Shown: piece after piece, positions 29,954-40,529 of the stretch
Layout of the letters: each line of letters starts with the position of its first letter
How positions within the stretch are numbered: position 1 is the first letter of the stretch
Assembly: GCA_944391715.1 (NCBI GenBank)
Contig: CALXUP010000001.1
Coordinates: 13,790-77,789 of the forward strand
DNA: 64,000 nt
Direction: 5' to 3'
Source of the DNA: an uncultured Alphaproteobacteria bacterium
GTDB taxonomy: Bacteria > Pseudomonadota > Alphaproteobacteria > RF32 > CAG-239
The notes under the pieces: generated by a model
Databases searched by the model: none
Seen by the model: only the letters and a program-made list of their open reading frames with translations
Told to the model about the DNA's origin: nothing
Position numbers and translations under genes: made by a program

Positions 29954-30718
29954 TTAAACCTCTACTTTAATCGGGCCTTTGGAACTTCCGCGGATAAACT
30001 GGTTGACATACGGATTGTCGGTCTTGTCCATTTCTTTGACCGTTCCCTGCCAGATGATTTTTCCCTTGTAAAGCATGGCAATCCGGTCAGCAATTTTGCG
30101 GGCGGACGCCATATCGTGCGTGATGGTCAAGGCTGTTGCGCCCAGGCCTTTTACCGACTCAATAATCAGGTCATTAATCACGTCCGACATAATCGGGTCA
30201 AGCCCGGTTGTCGGCTCGTCAAAAAAGATGATTTCCGGTTTGGTTGCGATAGCGCGTGCCAGACCGACGCGTTTTTGCATACCGCCGGAAAGTTCGGACG
30301 GTGACAAATCGGCAACATCAGGCGCCAGTCCAACCTGCCGCAAGACGTTAATTGCCGCCAGTTTGGCTTCTTTTTTCGGCATTTTCTGATTTTCAATCAG
30401 GCCAAAAGCAACGTTTTCCCAAACGCTTAAGCTGTCAAACAAGGCGCCGCCCTGAAACAACATGCCCATTTTGGCGTGCATTTCTTCTTTTTGCTTTTCG
30501 TTAACACCGACAATTTCATTGCCGTCAATCTTGATTGAACCGGTTTCCGGCACCAAAATTCCCTGAATGCATTTTATCAAAACGGATTTTCCGGTTCCGG
30601 AGCCGCCGATAACAACCAGGGACTCTCCTTTTTTGACTTCCAAATCTACGCCGTCGAGAACAACTTTGCGTCCGAAAGCTTTTTTCAAATTCGTAATTTT
30701 AATTTTTGTTTCTGACAT
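29954..30718 (-). CDS. mlaF: MlaF-like ABC transporter ATP-binding protein
   Basis: GGSGTGKS, LSGGMQKRV, DEPTTGLDP. Confidence 0.9.
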   Translation of the reverse strand: MSETKIKITNLKKAFGRKVVLDGVDLEVKKGESLVVIGGSGTGKSVLIKCIQGILVPETGSIKIDGNEIVGVNEKQKEEMHAKMGMLFQGGALFDSLSVWENVAFGLIENQKMPKKEAKLAAINVLRQVGLAPDVADLSPSELSGGMQKRVGLARAIATKPEIIFFDEPTTGLDPIMSDVINDLIIESVKGLGATALTITHDMASARKIADRIAMLYKGKIIWQGTVKEMDKTDNPYVNQFIRGSSKGPIKVEV

Positions 30719-30739
30719 TGTTTATTCCTCTGCTGCGGG

Positions 30740-31537
30740 TTATTTGGAAAAGAAGACTTCGGTAATGATATAGTTGAATATCAAAATCAAAATAGAGGCC
30801 GACACAACGGCATTGGTCGTTGCTTCGCCTACGCCTTGTGCACCGCCTTTTGATTTGTACCCGTTATAGCACCCCATTAAGGCAATGATAAAACCAAAGA
30901 CGCAGGCTTTGACTACGCCGGTGGTGATATCAATGGCCTGCAGCTCCTGCAAGGTGGAATTGATGTAGTTTGCCGGGTTGAAACCGAGTTTGTAAACGCC
31001 GATGACATATCCGCCGAAAATGCCGATGACATCGCCGAACAAAACCAGCAGCGGCAAAACCAAAACGCCGGCAACAATCCGGGGCGTTACCAAATATTTA
31101 AACGGATTGGTCGACAAGGTTGTTAAAGCGTCAATTTGTTCGGTAACACGCATTGTGCCGATTTCTGCCGCCATTGCCGCACCGATACGACCGGCAACCA
31201 TCAGAGCCGATAAAACCGGTGCCAGCTCGCGGGTTACGGAGATAAGAACAACGGTAGCAACCGCACTTTCCGCTCCAAAACGGGCAAAACCGGAATAACT
31301 TTGCAAGGCAATAACCATACCGGCAAAGATTGTGGTCAGTCCGACGACCGGCAGAGAATAAAAGCCGATATCTATCATTTGTTTGCCCAGCAGGCGGAGG
31401 TAAAACGGCGGGGTAACACAGTTGTATAAGGCGCGGGCGATAAACATTGACAGTTCGCCGAGGCGCGAAATAAACGCAACAAGCGGTTTTCCTTGTTTTC
31501 TTAAAAATCTTTCAACATATTTTTTTACCATGGTCAT
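30740..31537 (-). CDS. mlaE: MlaE family ABC permease
   Basis: RELAPV, AAEIGTMRVTEQIDAL, GVGEATT. Confidence 0.93.
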   Translation of the reverse strand: MTMVKKYVERFLRKQGKPLVAFISRLGELSMFIARALYNCVTPPFYLRLLGKQMIDIGFYSLPVVGLTTIFAGMVIALQSYSGFARFGAESAVATVVLISVTRELAPVLSALMVAGRIGAAMAAEIGTMRVTEQIDALTTLSTNPFKYLVTPRIVAGVLVLPLLVLFGDVIGIFGGYVIGVYKLGFNPANYINSTLQELQAIDITTGVVKACVFGFIIALMGCYNGYKSKGGAQGVGEATTNAVVSASILILIFNYIITEVFFSK

Positions 31538-31643
31538 CTCTCTTTGAATTAACGCGTTGGGCATATATTATATATAAAAACAGCAGAAATCAACAAACTA
31601 ATCAAAGTCATCCCCTTAGTTCGTTTATCTTTTTGCAACAGAA

Positions 31644-32066
31644 TCAAATGCGCGGAAAATTTAAGAAGGCAATAATTTTGGCAGCAATGGCGGAATCGTT
31701 TTCATTAAAATGCAGCAAGGGAATATTTACATTTTCCAGGCTGTAAGTTTCCGGCTCCGGCAGACGCTCCAGCGAAACAGAGGCCGGTTCCAGTTTGACA
31801 ACGACATTTATTCTGCTTTTTTCTTTAGAAGGCAGGTGCAATATTCCGACATTGCGCACTTCCAAAAGACCTTTGATGTTTTCCGGCGAAGAAGCATAAA
31901 TTTCTCCTGCTTTCGGCTCAACTTCCACCCGGTCATCGGCTACCAGTGCGGCATTATAATTCAAAATCAATTCCAGGCACAGGCCGGATTTTCCGCTGCC
32001 TGACGCCCCGAGAAGCAGTATTCCCTTGTTTTCATAATCGACGCAGGATGCATGAATATTGCTCAT
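31644..32066 (-). CDS. hprK: Short HPr kinase/phosphorylase
   Basis: IHASCV, GASGSGKS, LVADD, LEVRNVGI. Confidence 0.85.
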   Translation of the reverse strand: MSNIHASCVDYENKGILLLGASGSGKSGLCLELILNYNAALVADDRVEVEPKAGEIYASSPENIKGLLEVRNVGILHLPSKEKSRINVVVKLEPASVSLERLPEPETYSLENVNIPLLHFNENDSAIAAKIIAFLNFPRI

Positions 32067-32530
32067 ATGATTTTTTCCAATTCCGCCAGTCGTTGTTTTT
32101 TTTCTTCAGAATTGCCGGATATGGTTATTTTCCGCCCGTTTTCAAAAGGCGTGATCTCAACCCGGAAACAATTGCGCGGCAGATATCCCCCCATCATTTC
32201 CGGCCATTCAATCAGACTGACGCCCTGATACATGGCGTCTTCCATACCGATTTCAAAAATTTCTTCCGGCGATTTAATCCGGTATAAATCGTAGTGGAAA
32301 ATTTCAAAATCCGGTGCATCGTAGCTTTGCACCAGCGTAAAAGTCGGGCTCGGAACCTCCTCTGCTCCGGACAGGCTTTGGATAAAAGCGCGTGCCAATA
32401 CGCTTTTTCCCATTCCTAACGTGCCAAACAAGGCAAAAACATCGCCGACTTTGGCAATTTGTGCCAATTTTTGCCCGAGTGCTACGGTTGAGGCCTCGTC
32501 TGTCGAGATATATTCAAAACTTTCCGTCAT
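32063..32530 (-). CDS. tsaE: tRNA t6A biosynthesis ATPase TsaE
   Basis: GTLGMGKS, VPSPTFTLVQ, HYDLYR, IEWP. Confidence 0.95.
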   Translation of the reverse strand: MTESFEYISTDEASTVALGQKLAQIAKVGDVFALFGTLGMGKSVLARAFIQSLSGAEEVPSPTFTLVQSYDAPDFEIFHYDLYRIKSPEEIFEIGMEDAMYQGVSLIEWPEMMGGYLPRNCFRVEITPFENGRKITISGNSEEKKQRLAELEKII

Positions 32531-32534
32531 CTGT

Positions 32535-33488
32535 TTACTCAAAAATATCGCCGACATGTTTGCGTTTCGGCCGGGTGATTTTGATTTCTGGGCGCTGCTG
32601 CTGAATTTGCCGCCAGTCCCAGGGTTTATAAAACTTTCCGTTCCACAGGCCGCGCCGGTTTATTTTTGCCTGTTGTTCGTAAGGAACATAGATATCGGTG
32701 TATTTTTCATAAGCAACCGCCCAGCCGGCATTGACGATTGCCGCACCTAAATCATAAGCCCCCAAAGCGCAGTTGCCGACCATATTGCCTTTTTTATCCT
32801 GTTGCATAATCCGGCATTCCAGAGGATTGTCCATAATCCAATCCCGCAGCCAGCGCGCCGCTATTTTGCCGCAACTGTAAGAACGTCCGTTGCCGTCGGC
32901 GCAACGCTGATTCAGTTCCGGCGCGTCAATTCCGTATAATTTGAAAAAACGCCCTTTAATTTTTAACGTATCACCGCTGATTACGCCGGCAGAGCCGTAA
33001 ATTGTCGGATATGCCGGTGCCCGGGGGACAGGCTGTTGAACGGTTCCACCGCCAAAACCTTCCGATAAACGGTTAACCAGCTGTTCCATACCGTTTTCCT
33101 GTTCTTCCGGAGCCTGCCGGTTTTGAGCATTGTAAAACTCTTCGTCCATTTCCTGAGGAATTTCTGCCGTACGGGAAAGCTGCCGGGGAGAGGAATTTTG
33201 CCCGAGAAACGATTTGACATTGGGAATTATTCCCCCTATTCCGTTATTAAAAGCGCCAATAGCGTATAAAATAAAAACAACAATACCCAGGATAATCAGC
33301 GCTGACGGCAGGCAGCCCATTGCCCGCCAGGCCATCCGGGCAAAAAGATATAAAATGACCAGACCAATCAATAATCCGAAGAAACCGCCGCCCTGCAGTA
33401 CGGTGCTGGAGCTCTGGGTTCCGGCTCCGCCTGCCAATATCAGAAACAAAGCGCCGCAGCCCAGCATTATCTTTTTTAAAAATCCCAT
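32535..33488 (-). CDS. Membrane-anchored thermonuclease (SNase) family protein
   Basis: N-terminal TM segments; SGDT, LYGIDAPE, GWAVAY, A..RRGLW, PWDWR. Confidence 0.8.
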   Translation of the reverse strand: MGFLKKIMLGCGALFLILAGGAGTQSSSTVLQGGGFFGLLIGLVILYLFARMAWRAMGCLPSALIILGIVVFILYAIGAFNNGIGGIIPNVKSFLGQNSSPRQLSRTAEIPQEMDEEFYNAQNRQAPEEQENGMEQLVNRLSEGFGGGTVQQPVPRAPAYPTIYGSAGVISGDTLKIKGRFFKLYGIDAPELNQRCADGNGRSYSCGKIAARWLRDWIMDNPLECRIMQQDKKGNMVGNCALGAYDLGAAIVNAGWAVAYEKYTDIYVPYEQQAKINRRGLWNGKFYKPWDWRQIQQQRPEIKITRPKRKHVGDIFE

Positions 33489-33650
33489 AGAATTTTCCCG
33501 TTTGTCTGATTTTTTATTGTTTTTACCTTAGGCGATTTTAGTAAATATATGGTTACTTTTTTTGTTATCAATTGCCAATTTATACTGGTTTTATGCATTT
33601 TATCCGAATATCATTATTGTTGTTTTTTACTTAAAACTTAAGGAAAATTT

Positions 33651-34307
33651 ATGGTTAGAGTAATTGAACCCAGTTATGAAATCTGGACTCCGCTTGACGG
33701 TGATTATATTTTGAAATTTATAGAAAAATGCGCACGCAACTGTTATAAATCCGAAGGCGCCATTACCGAAGGCAGCGCCGCTAAAATGGTAAAAAAGCTG
33801 ATAGAGCTCGGGCATACCGCCATGTTGGAACATTACAGCATTACGGTCAAAATTACCTGCGACCTTGGTTGTTATAAAGACCTGACCCGCCACCGCCTTG
33901 CCTCTTTTGCAATAGAAAGCACCCGTTACTGCAATTATTTCAAAGACAAGTTCGGTTCCGAAATTACGGTCATCAAACCCTGTCATATTCAGGAAGGTAC
34001 GGAGATGTATCAGAGCTGGTATGACGGAATATGCGCCATAGAAAAACAATATATGAAAATGTGCGGGCTCGGGGCAAAAGCTGACCAGGCAAGAATGCTG
34101 CTGCCGCATTCCGTTAAAGCCGATGTGGTTATGACGGCCAATCTGCGCGAATGGCGGCATATTTTTACATTAAGGACGGCGGCGGCCGCTCATCCGACGG
34201 TTCAACAAATTATGAAAGCCGTCTTGAGAGACTTTAAACAGCATATTCCGGTTGTGTTTGACGATATCGGAGAAGATTTAAATACACCGTTACAAAATGC
34301 TTCATAA
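33651..34307 (+). CDS. thyX: Flavin-dependent thymidylate synthase
   Basis: GHTAMLEH, RHRLASFAIESTRY, ARMLLP, NLREWRH. Confidence 0.93.
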   Translation: MVRVIEPSYEIWTPLDGDYILKFIEKCARNCYKSEGAITEGSAAKMVKKLIELGHTAMLEHYSITVKITCDLGCYKDLTRHRLASFAIESTRYCNYFKDKFGSEITVIKPCHIQEGTEMYQSWYDGICAIEKQYMKMCGLGAKADQARMLLPHSVKADVVMTANLREWRHIFTLRTAAAAHPTVQQIMKAVLRDFKQHIPVVFDDIGEDLNTPLQNAS

Positions 34308-34334
34308 CAGAAAAATTTAGCCCGTTGTTGAAGA

Positions 34335-34369
34335 AGAAAAATCCCCGGTTATCTTCCGGGGATTTTTCT
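34335..34369. terminator. Bidirectional intrinsic terminator
   Basis: AGAAAAATCCCCGG-loop-CCGGGGATTTTTCT. Confidence 0.85.
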
Positions 34370-34387
34370 TTAATACAATAATGTATT

Positions 34388-36817
34388 TTATCTGAACATA
34401 CTGCCATGAGTTTCTCTGGCATAATGAACATATTTTTTATACAGATATTCCAGCCGTTTTTGAACCTCATAATTAACGGTTCCTTTTTTATAGCGGCCGT
34501 TTTTATCCGGTTTTCCGGCCTTCATTCCGGTCAGAATTTCAATACCGTCATCAACCGTATCTATGGCATAGATATGGAATTTTCCGTCATCAACAGCGGT
34601 CAAAATATCATCTCGCAGCATCAGGTTTTTAATATTTGTCCGCGGAATGATAACGCCTTGCGTGCCGGTCAGCCCGTGATGTTTGCAAACATCGAAAAAG
34701 CCTTCGATTTTTTCGTTCACGCCGCCAATCGGCTGAATCTCACCGAACTGGTTGATAGACCCGGTTACGGCAATGTTTTGTTTAATCGGAATACCGGAAA
34801 TGGCCGACAACAGGCAATAATATTCTGTCGAAGACGCACTGTCGCCGTCTACACCGCCGTAAGACTGTTCAAAAACAATCGAAGCACTCAAGGACAACGG
34901 TGTTTCTTTGGCAAAACGGTTGGCCAGCAGGCTTTGCAAGATAAGCACGCCTTTGGTATGAATCGGCCCGCTCATTTCGACTTCGCGCTCAATATTAACA
35001 AAATCACCGCTGCCAAGCCGGACCTGTGCCGTGATTCTTGCCGGTTTACCAAAGCTGGTACGGGAGAAGTTATAGACGACCAGACCGTTAATCTGCCCGA
35101 CGCGCGAACCGGTAACGTCCATTAAAATCGAACCGTCGTCAATTTGTTCCAGCATTGCTTCTTTTATCCGGCTGCTCCGGTAAATTTGCGCTTCTATTGC
35201 CTGTTCAACGTGATTCTTGCCGATTTGATTGGATTTTGAAACCCGGGCCCAATAATCGGCTTCTCTCAGCAGATCGCCGATTGAGGCAATATGGGCGGTC
35301 AATTTTTCAGAATCTTCCGCCAAACGGGATGAATATTCGATAATCTTGGCAACGGCCTGTTTATTCAATGAACGCAGTCTTTTTTTCTTGGACAGCGAAC
35401 CGATTAATTTGGCGTATTCAATTTCATTATCGTGCGTTCTGTCCATTAACATACCAAAGTCGGCTTCAACTTTGAAGAAATCATTGAAGTCGGGGTCTCT
35501 TTCCGACAAAACATCGTAAAGGTCTGCATCACCGGTCAGAATAACTTTGACATCCAGCGGAATCGGTTCAGGGTCGAGAGAGATGGTCGTAAAACTGGTT
35601 TCATCGCTCGGCGCCTCAATTTTTATGCATTTTGAGGCCAATGCCCGTTTCAGGGAATCCCAGGCAAAGGGTTGCAAAAGAAGCTTGCGGGCATCAATCA
35701 GCAGAAAACCGCCGTTGGCACGATGCAAAGCGCCGGCTTTAATCAATGTAAAGTCCGTTAACAACGCACCATATTGCTGCAGCCGTTCAACCCGTCCGAC
35801 CAGATTTCCCTGCGTCGGGTGATCAAGGTGAACTATCGGCGCGCCGGAGTTTTTCTCGTTTTTAACAACGACGTTAACCTTAAATTTGGCAAACTTGTCT
35901 TCTTCCTGTTTGTTCATCCGGTTGAGCAGGGAAGTCAGAGCATCTTCTTCGCAACCGGCGTTTTCTTTGTCCGGCAGAAATTCTTCAATATGTTCGACAA
36001 TATATTTTTGAATGCTGCGCAGAAATTCCCCTGCCTGGCGGTGCCCTTTATATTTCTGGCGCAAGGCATCTATCGGGCGCTTAACGGCGATTTTGATGAA
36101 TTTTTCGCGCAGAATGTTAATTTCTTTACGCTGCTTTTCTTCATAATCAGGCAGATCTTGCGCTGTGTTTTCAATCTCCTCCTGCATGGCATTGAGATCG
36201 CTCATCAGCTGTTGTTTTTCATTATCCGGGAGTTCTTCAAAAGCTTCCGGGCTCAAGACTTCGCCATTTTTGACCGGGGCAACAACCAGTCCGACCGGCA
36301 TATGGAGCAGGGATACGCTTTTTCCTTTGGCCTTTTTTTGCAGGATTTTTATATATTCTTCTTTTTTCTGCTTATATTTTTCTTTGATAATGCTTAATCC
36401 GGCTTTATATTCGTCGCTGTCAACAATTGCCGGCAGGGAAACAGAAAAGTCTTCAATCAATTTATCAATATCTTTGGCAAATTCGGTTGCTTTGGACGGC
36501 GGAAAACTGATTGCCAGAGGTTTATGCGGCTCTTCAAAATTGTAAATATATGCCCAGTCATCCGGGGTCGGGCGTTTTTTAGCCTCTTCGACCAGAACGC
36601 GTTTGACCAGGCTGGTTTTTCCGGTTCCTTCCGGCCCCAGACAAAACAGATTGTACCCTTTTGATTTGATGTTTATGCCGACTTCAACTGCGCTTAAAGC
36701 TCTGTCCTGCCCAAGAGCGGAAAGGCGTTCGGCAAGTTCGGCCGTTGTGCTGAAATCAAATTTTTTGGGATCGCATTTGGTATAAAGCTGTTCGGATTTT
36801 AATTTTGAAATGCTCAT
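34388..36817 (-). CDS. Lon-like protease (LonC/YcbZ type)
   Basis: GQDRA, GPEGTGKT, GALHRANGG, GQINGL, catalytic GDSAS and GGVNEKIEGF. Confidence 0.9.
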   Translation of the reverse strand: MSISKLKSEQLYTKCDPKKFDFSTTAELAERLSALGQDRALSAVEVGINIKSKGYNLFCLGPEGTGKTSLVKRVLVEEAKKRPTPDDWAYIYNFEEPHKPLAISFPPSKATEFAKDIDKLIEDFSVSLPAIVDSDEYKAGLSIIKEKYKQKKEEYIKILQKKAKGKSVSLLHMPVGLVVAPVKNGEVLSPEAFEELPDNEKQQLMSDLNAMQEEIENTAQDLPDYEEKQRKEINILREKFIKIAVKRPIDALRQKYKGHRQAGEFLRSIQKYIVEHIEEFLPDKENAGCEEDALTSLLNRMNKQEEDKFAKFKVNVVVKNEKNSGAPIVHLDHPTQGNLVGRVERLQQYGALLTDFTLIKAGALHRANGGFLLIDARKLLLQPFAWDSLKRALASKCIKIEAPSDETSFTTISLDPEPIPLDVKVILTGDADLYDVLSERDPDFNDFFKVEADFGMLMDRTHDNEIEYAKLIGSLSKKKRLRSLNKQAVAKIIEYSSRLAEDSEKLTAHIASIGDLLREADYWARVSKSNQIGKNHVEQAIEAQIYRSSRIKEAMLEQIDDGSILMDVTGSRVGQINGLVVYNFSRTSFGKPARITAQVRLGSGDFVNIEREVEMSGPIHTKGVLILQSLLANRFAKETPLSLSASIVFEQSYGGVDGDSASSTEYYCLLSAISGIPIKQNIAVTGSINQFGEIQPIGGVNEKIEGFFDVCKHHGLTGTQGVIIPRTNIKNLMLRDDILTAVDDGKFHIYAIDTVDDGIEILTGMKAGKPDKNGRYKKGTVNYEVQKRLEYLYKKYVHYARETHGSMFR

Positions 36818-36900
36818 TTTGAAAAATTCCCTATACTTCTGTTTTTTTATTGCTATGCTTGATAATATAAGTGCAATAACTAAGATAATGTAAAGATTTG

Positions 36901-38373
36901 ATGAAATATTTGTTACTGACGACAATTTTATTTTTCAGCGTTTTGTTTCTGCTGTTGAGAAAATCATTGCTGACGGCCTATTGGAAAAAGAAAATTTTTC
37001 AGCATTTGTTGTATTTGCAATCCTTTAATACCGGAGAAAAATTTTTTGCCCGGCCGGCATCCGACCGAATCTGTCGGACAGCTCTGCGGCAAAGAGGCGG
37101 AGAAGAAGCCCTGCAGCATTTTGTTTCCGGACAAAGAAAGCCGCTGCGTTATCTTTTGAAAAAAGCAGGAATGAAAAAAGAAGCGGCCGTTCTAACGGCC
37201 TGTAAAAAACCGGAAAAAGCTATCCGTCCTCTTATTTTCTGTTTGAAAAACAAACCTGATGATTATGAAGCTGCCGCTTATCTGGCAGAACTCTATTTTT
37301 TGACCGGAGAAAAGAAAAAGGGAATGGCTTTACTGGAAAAAATTCCTTCCAAGGTCAAAAACCGCTATATCCGCGCGGTTAAAAATTATTTGCTGGCACA
37401 AGACGCCGCGAGTTGGGGCGGCTTGCAGGAAGCTTCGGAATACGGAGCGGCAGCCGTTGCCGGTTTTGAAAAAGAACACGCCTTTTACGAGGCGGCAAGG
37501 GCGCAAATCTTTTTGGGAACGATTTATCGCGTTTCTGCGATAGAAGATGTTTCCGAGCTAATGCTGCGAACAGCGAAAAAAATTTACGAAGACATAAAAT
37601 TTCCGGACGGCGTAGCCGATACCTGCGGGAATCTGGGTATGCTAATGGTTATGCAAAAACGTTTTAGTGAGGCTGAAGATTATTTTCACCAAGCCCGCCG
37701 CATAAATAATAAACTCGGCAGAAGAACGGCGGAAGCGGAAATCATTAACCAATCAGCCTTAATGAGTCTTATCCGAGGAGATGTCAAAGGAGCGCATAAA
37801 ACAGTTTTAGACGCATTAAAAATGCACAAAGAAGAAAAAAATCTGCAGGGAGAAGCCTTTAGTCTTGATATTTCCTGTTATATTCAGCTGCATCAGAAAA
37901 ATTATAAGGCTTTGATTAACACTGCAAAAAAAGCCGAAAAGCTGCATGCGGCACTTAATGATGCGTCGTCGCGGCTGGATTGTCTATACTTGCAGGCAAC
38001 GGCTTATTTTGAACTGGGAGAAGCGGAAAAAGCCGAATCTATTTTGCGACAAATTACCGAGGAAGCAAAAAACGAATCCGTCAATTTTCATATTGCCAAT
38101 GCTTACAGTCTGCTCGGGCTTATTTTTCTGCAAAAGGGAGAATTGCTGCGGGCAAAGGGCTTTTTTGCCCAGTCTCTGCAGTTGGAACAGAAAAACGACC
38201 GATTAAACGCTGCCGCAACAGATTTTGCCAATATAGCCCTGATTGAACATAAGCGCGGGCAAAAAGAAGATGCACGCAAGAATTTGGAACAAGCCGTTCA
38301 ATGTGCAAAAATCTGCGGAGATGAGGAATTGGAAAAAATTCTGAGTGAAGAATTATCAAAATATTTGAATTAA
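36901..38373 (+). CDS. Membrane-anchored tetratricopeptide repeat protein
   Basis: N-terminal hydrophobic segment; repeated helical motifs such as NLGML..AEDYFHQA and LLGLIF..AKGFFAQSL. Confidence 0.8.
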   Translation: MKYLLLTTILFFSVLFLLLRKSLLTAYWKKKIFQHLLYLQSFNTGEKFFARPASDRICRTALRQRGGEEALQHFVSGQRKPLRYLLKKAGMKKEAAVLTACKKPEKAIRPLIFCLKNKPDDYEAAAYLAELYFLTGEKKKGMALLEKIPSKVKNRYIRAVKNYLLAQDAASWGGLQEASEYGAAAVAGFEKEHAFYEAARAQIFLGTIYRVSAIEDVSELMLRTAKKIYEDIKFPDGVADTCGNLGMLMVMQKRFSEAEDYFHQARRINNKLGRRTAEAEIINQSALMSLIRGDVKGAHKTVLDALKMHKEEKNLQGEAFSLDISCYIQLHQKNYKALINTAKKAEKLHAALNDASSRLDCLYLQATAYFELGEAEKAESILRQITEEAKNESVNFHIANAYSLLGLIFLQKGELLRAKGFFAQSLQLEQKNDRLNAAATDFANIALIEHKRGQKEDARKNLEQAVQCAKICGDEELEKILSEELSKYLN

Positions 38374-38390
38374 CTCTTTGACATTTAATG

Positions 38391-38421
38391 AAAAAGCCCC
38401 GCTATATGTGCAGGGCTTTTT
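38391..38421. terminator. Bidirectional intrinsic terminator
   Basis: AAAAAGCCC-loop-GGGCTTTTT. Confidence 0.7.
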
Positions 38422-38431
38422 GAAAAACAAA

Positions 38432-38686
38432 CTATGCCGATTGTTCTTTTTTGACCTCGGCGGCCTTTTGATAACAATTACAATGGCAGACGCCTTTTTC
38501 TTCAATATCTTTGCGACATTGTTCCGAAATGCAGTAACGAGCAGGATTTTGTCCGTCACAGGGGCATCTCTGCCATTCGGCATCACCAAACATCATACTT
38601 TTGGCTTTGGCGATTTTTTCAATGTTTTTGGTCGGCGTATATCCGGCTTCTTCACATTTTTTAAGCATATTATCCAGAATTGTCAT
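38432..38686 (-). CDS. Ferredoxin:thioredoxin reductase catalytic subunit-like Fe-S protein
   Basis: 84 aa with RCPC...C.DI...GVCHC motifs. Confidence 0.8.
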   Translation of the reverse strand: MTILDNMLKKCEEAGYTPTKNIEKIAKAKSMMFGDAEWQRCPCDGQNPARYCISEQCRKDIEEKGVCHCNCYQKAAEVKKEQSA

Positions 38687-38700
38687 TTTTTATTCTCTCT

Positions 38701-39753
38701 TTAATCAACTACTTTTATGGTAAATTTTTCGGAATTGCCGGCCGGTGCGGCGACAGATGTCTGTGCAGATACCTGATTTTCCGGGTTCAGACTATTCTTG
38801 CGCTTATTTTCCAAGATGTCAACAATCATATCCAACTCAGCAACCGAAGCATATTGCAGAACGACTTTTCCGCCGCCCTGTTTGCTTGGCGTAATTTTTA
38901 TCCGCAGCCCCAGAGATTTTTTCAAATCTTTTTCAATGGCTTCCAGATCCTCGTTCTTTTTGGCAGATTTTTTTTCTTCCGTCTTGCCGCCTTTTTCTTT
39001 CAGGCGGTTAACGAGTTCTTCAACCTGCCGGACGCTTAAATCTTTTTGAATGATTGTTTTTGCCAATTCCTCGGCATTTTCAAGCCCTATCAGACAACGA
39101 GCATGGCCGGCGCTTAATTTACCTTCTTTTATCATTTCTTTTATCGAATCGGGCAGGCCGAGCAGACGCAACGTATTGGCAATATGGCTGCGAGATTTGC
39201 CGACAATCTGCGACAAAGCCTCCTGAGTATGAGAAAATTCGTCAATCAAACGCTGAAAACCTTCGGCCTCTTCTATGGCAGACAAATTTTCACGCAGCAG
39301 ATTTTCGACCAAAGCAACTTCCAAGACTTCTTTATCATCCAGCTCTTTGATGATAACGGGAAGTTTTTCCAATCCGGCTTTTTGAGCCGCCCGCCAGCGG
39401 CGTTCGCCGGCTATAATTTCATATTTATCATCCTTTTTACGAACGAGCAGGGGTTGAAGAACGCCCTTTTCTTTGATTGATTCGGCCAAAGCGTTTAAGG
39501 CTTCTTCATCAAATTCCGTTCTCGGCTGGTATTTTCCCGGAATGATACTGCTGACCGGGATTTCAACGTCCGCATGGCTGCCTGCGGCGGAATCGGATGT
39601 TAAAAAAACATCTTCAGCCGTTAAATCATCATCGCCCAGCAAAGCTCCGAGCCCGCGCCCGAGACTTTTGCGTTTGTGATGTTCAGAATTTTCCGTATGG
39701 GAATTTTCGTTTTCGCCGCTATTCAGCAGTTCGTCCAATTCGTTATCTAACAT
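38701..39753 (-). CDS. parB: Chromosome partitioning protein ParB
   Basis: LGRGLGAL, QPR, IAGERRWRA, ENLLRENL, GKSRSHIANTLRL. Confidence 0.96.
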   Translation of the reverse strand: MLDNELDELLNSGENENSHTENSEHHKRKSLGRGLGALLGDDDLTAEDVFLTSDSAAGSHADVEIPVSSIIPGKYQPRTEFDEEALNALAESIKEKGVLQPLLVRKKDDKYEIIAGERRWRAAQKAGLEKLPVIIKELDDKEVLEVALVENLLRENLSAIEEAEGFQRLIDEFSHTQEALSQIVGKSRSHIANTLRLLGLPDSIKEMIKEGKLSAGHARCLIGLENAEELAKTIIQKDLSVRQVEELVNRLKEKGGKTEEKKSAKKNEDLEAIEKDLKKSLGLRIKITPSKQGGGKVVLQYASVAELDMIVDILENKRKNSLNPENQVSAQTSVAAPAGNSEKFTIKVVD

Positions 39754-40526
39754 GCAACCAGTTCCTTTTCTCTTTTTAATACTTCGCCGGTCAGGCTGAT
39801 ATAGGCCTGTGAGCCCGGGCATTTGAAATCATACAGCAAAACGGGTTTGCCGTGCGACGGCGCTTCCGAAATCCGGACGTTCCGCGGTATAACAGTGTTA
39901 TAAACCTTTTTGCCGAAGAAGTTGCGAACATCTTCTTCTACCATCTGAGTCAGGTTGTTTCTTTTATCGTACATTGTTAAAACAACACCCTGAAGTTCTA
40001 ATGACGGGTTAAATCTTTTCTTAATCGTATTAATGTTCCGAATCAAATCCGTAATGCCTTCCAGAGCCAAAAATTCACATTGCAGCGGAACAATTACGGC
40101 ATTGGCTGCTACAAGCGCGTTTATGGTTACCAGGCTCAAAGAAGGCGGGCAATCAATCAGAACATAATCATAGTTGACGGCGTCACGCTGGATGGCCTTT
40201 TTTAATGCATATTCACGGTTATCCATATCGACGAGCTCTATTTCGGCTCCGGCGAGATCAGGAGACGACGGTACCAGAGAAAAGTTTGGAATCTCCGTCC
40301 AGACAATCGCTTCGCTTAATTTGCGGGCACCCAGGAGAACTTCGTAAGAAGATACCATACGGCCGCGTTTGTCAATGCCCATGGAAGTTGACGCATTTCC
40401 CTGCGGATCCAAATCAATTACCAAAACCTTTTTGCCGGTGGCGGCCATTGCCGTTGCAACATTGACCGTGGTCGTGGTCTTGCCGACGCCGCCTTTGCGG
40501 TTGGCTATAGCAATTATTCTTGGCAT
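39747..40526 (-). CDS. parA: Chromosome partitioning ATPase ParA
   Basis: KGGVGKTT, DLDPQGN, IDCPPSL, EAPSHG. Confidence 0.96.
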   Translation of the reverse strand: MPRIIAIANRKGGVGKTTTTVNVATAMAATGKKVLVIDLDPQGNASTSMGIDKRGRMVSSYEVLLGARKLSEAIVWTEIPNFSLVPSSPDLAGAEIELVDMDNREYALKKAIQRDAVNYDYVLIDCPPSLSLVTINALVAANAVIVPLQCEFLALEGITDLIRNINTIKKRFNPSLELQGVVLTMYDKRNNLTQMVEEDVRNFFGKKVYNTVIPRNVRISEAPSHGKPVLLYDFKCPGSQAYISLTGEVLKREKELVAC

Positions 40527-40529
40527 ATA

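Noticed and set aside
33651-34307. thyX as a sign of a prophage
   Set aside because: No phage genes nearby; stand-alone gene with its own terminator
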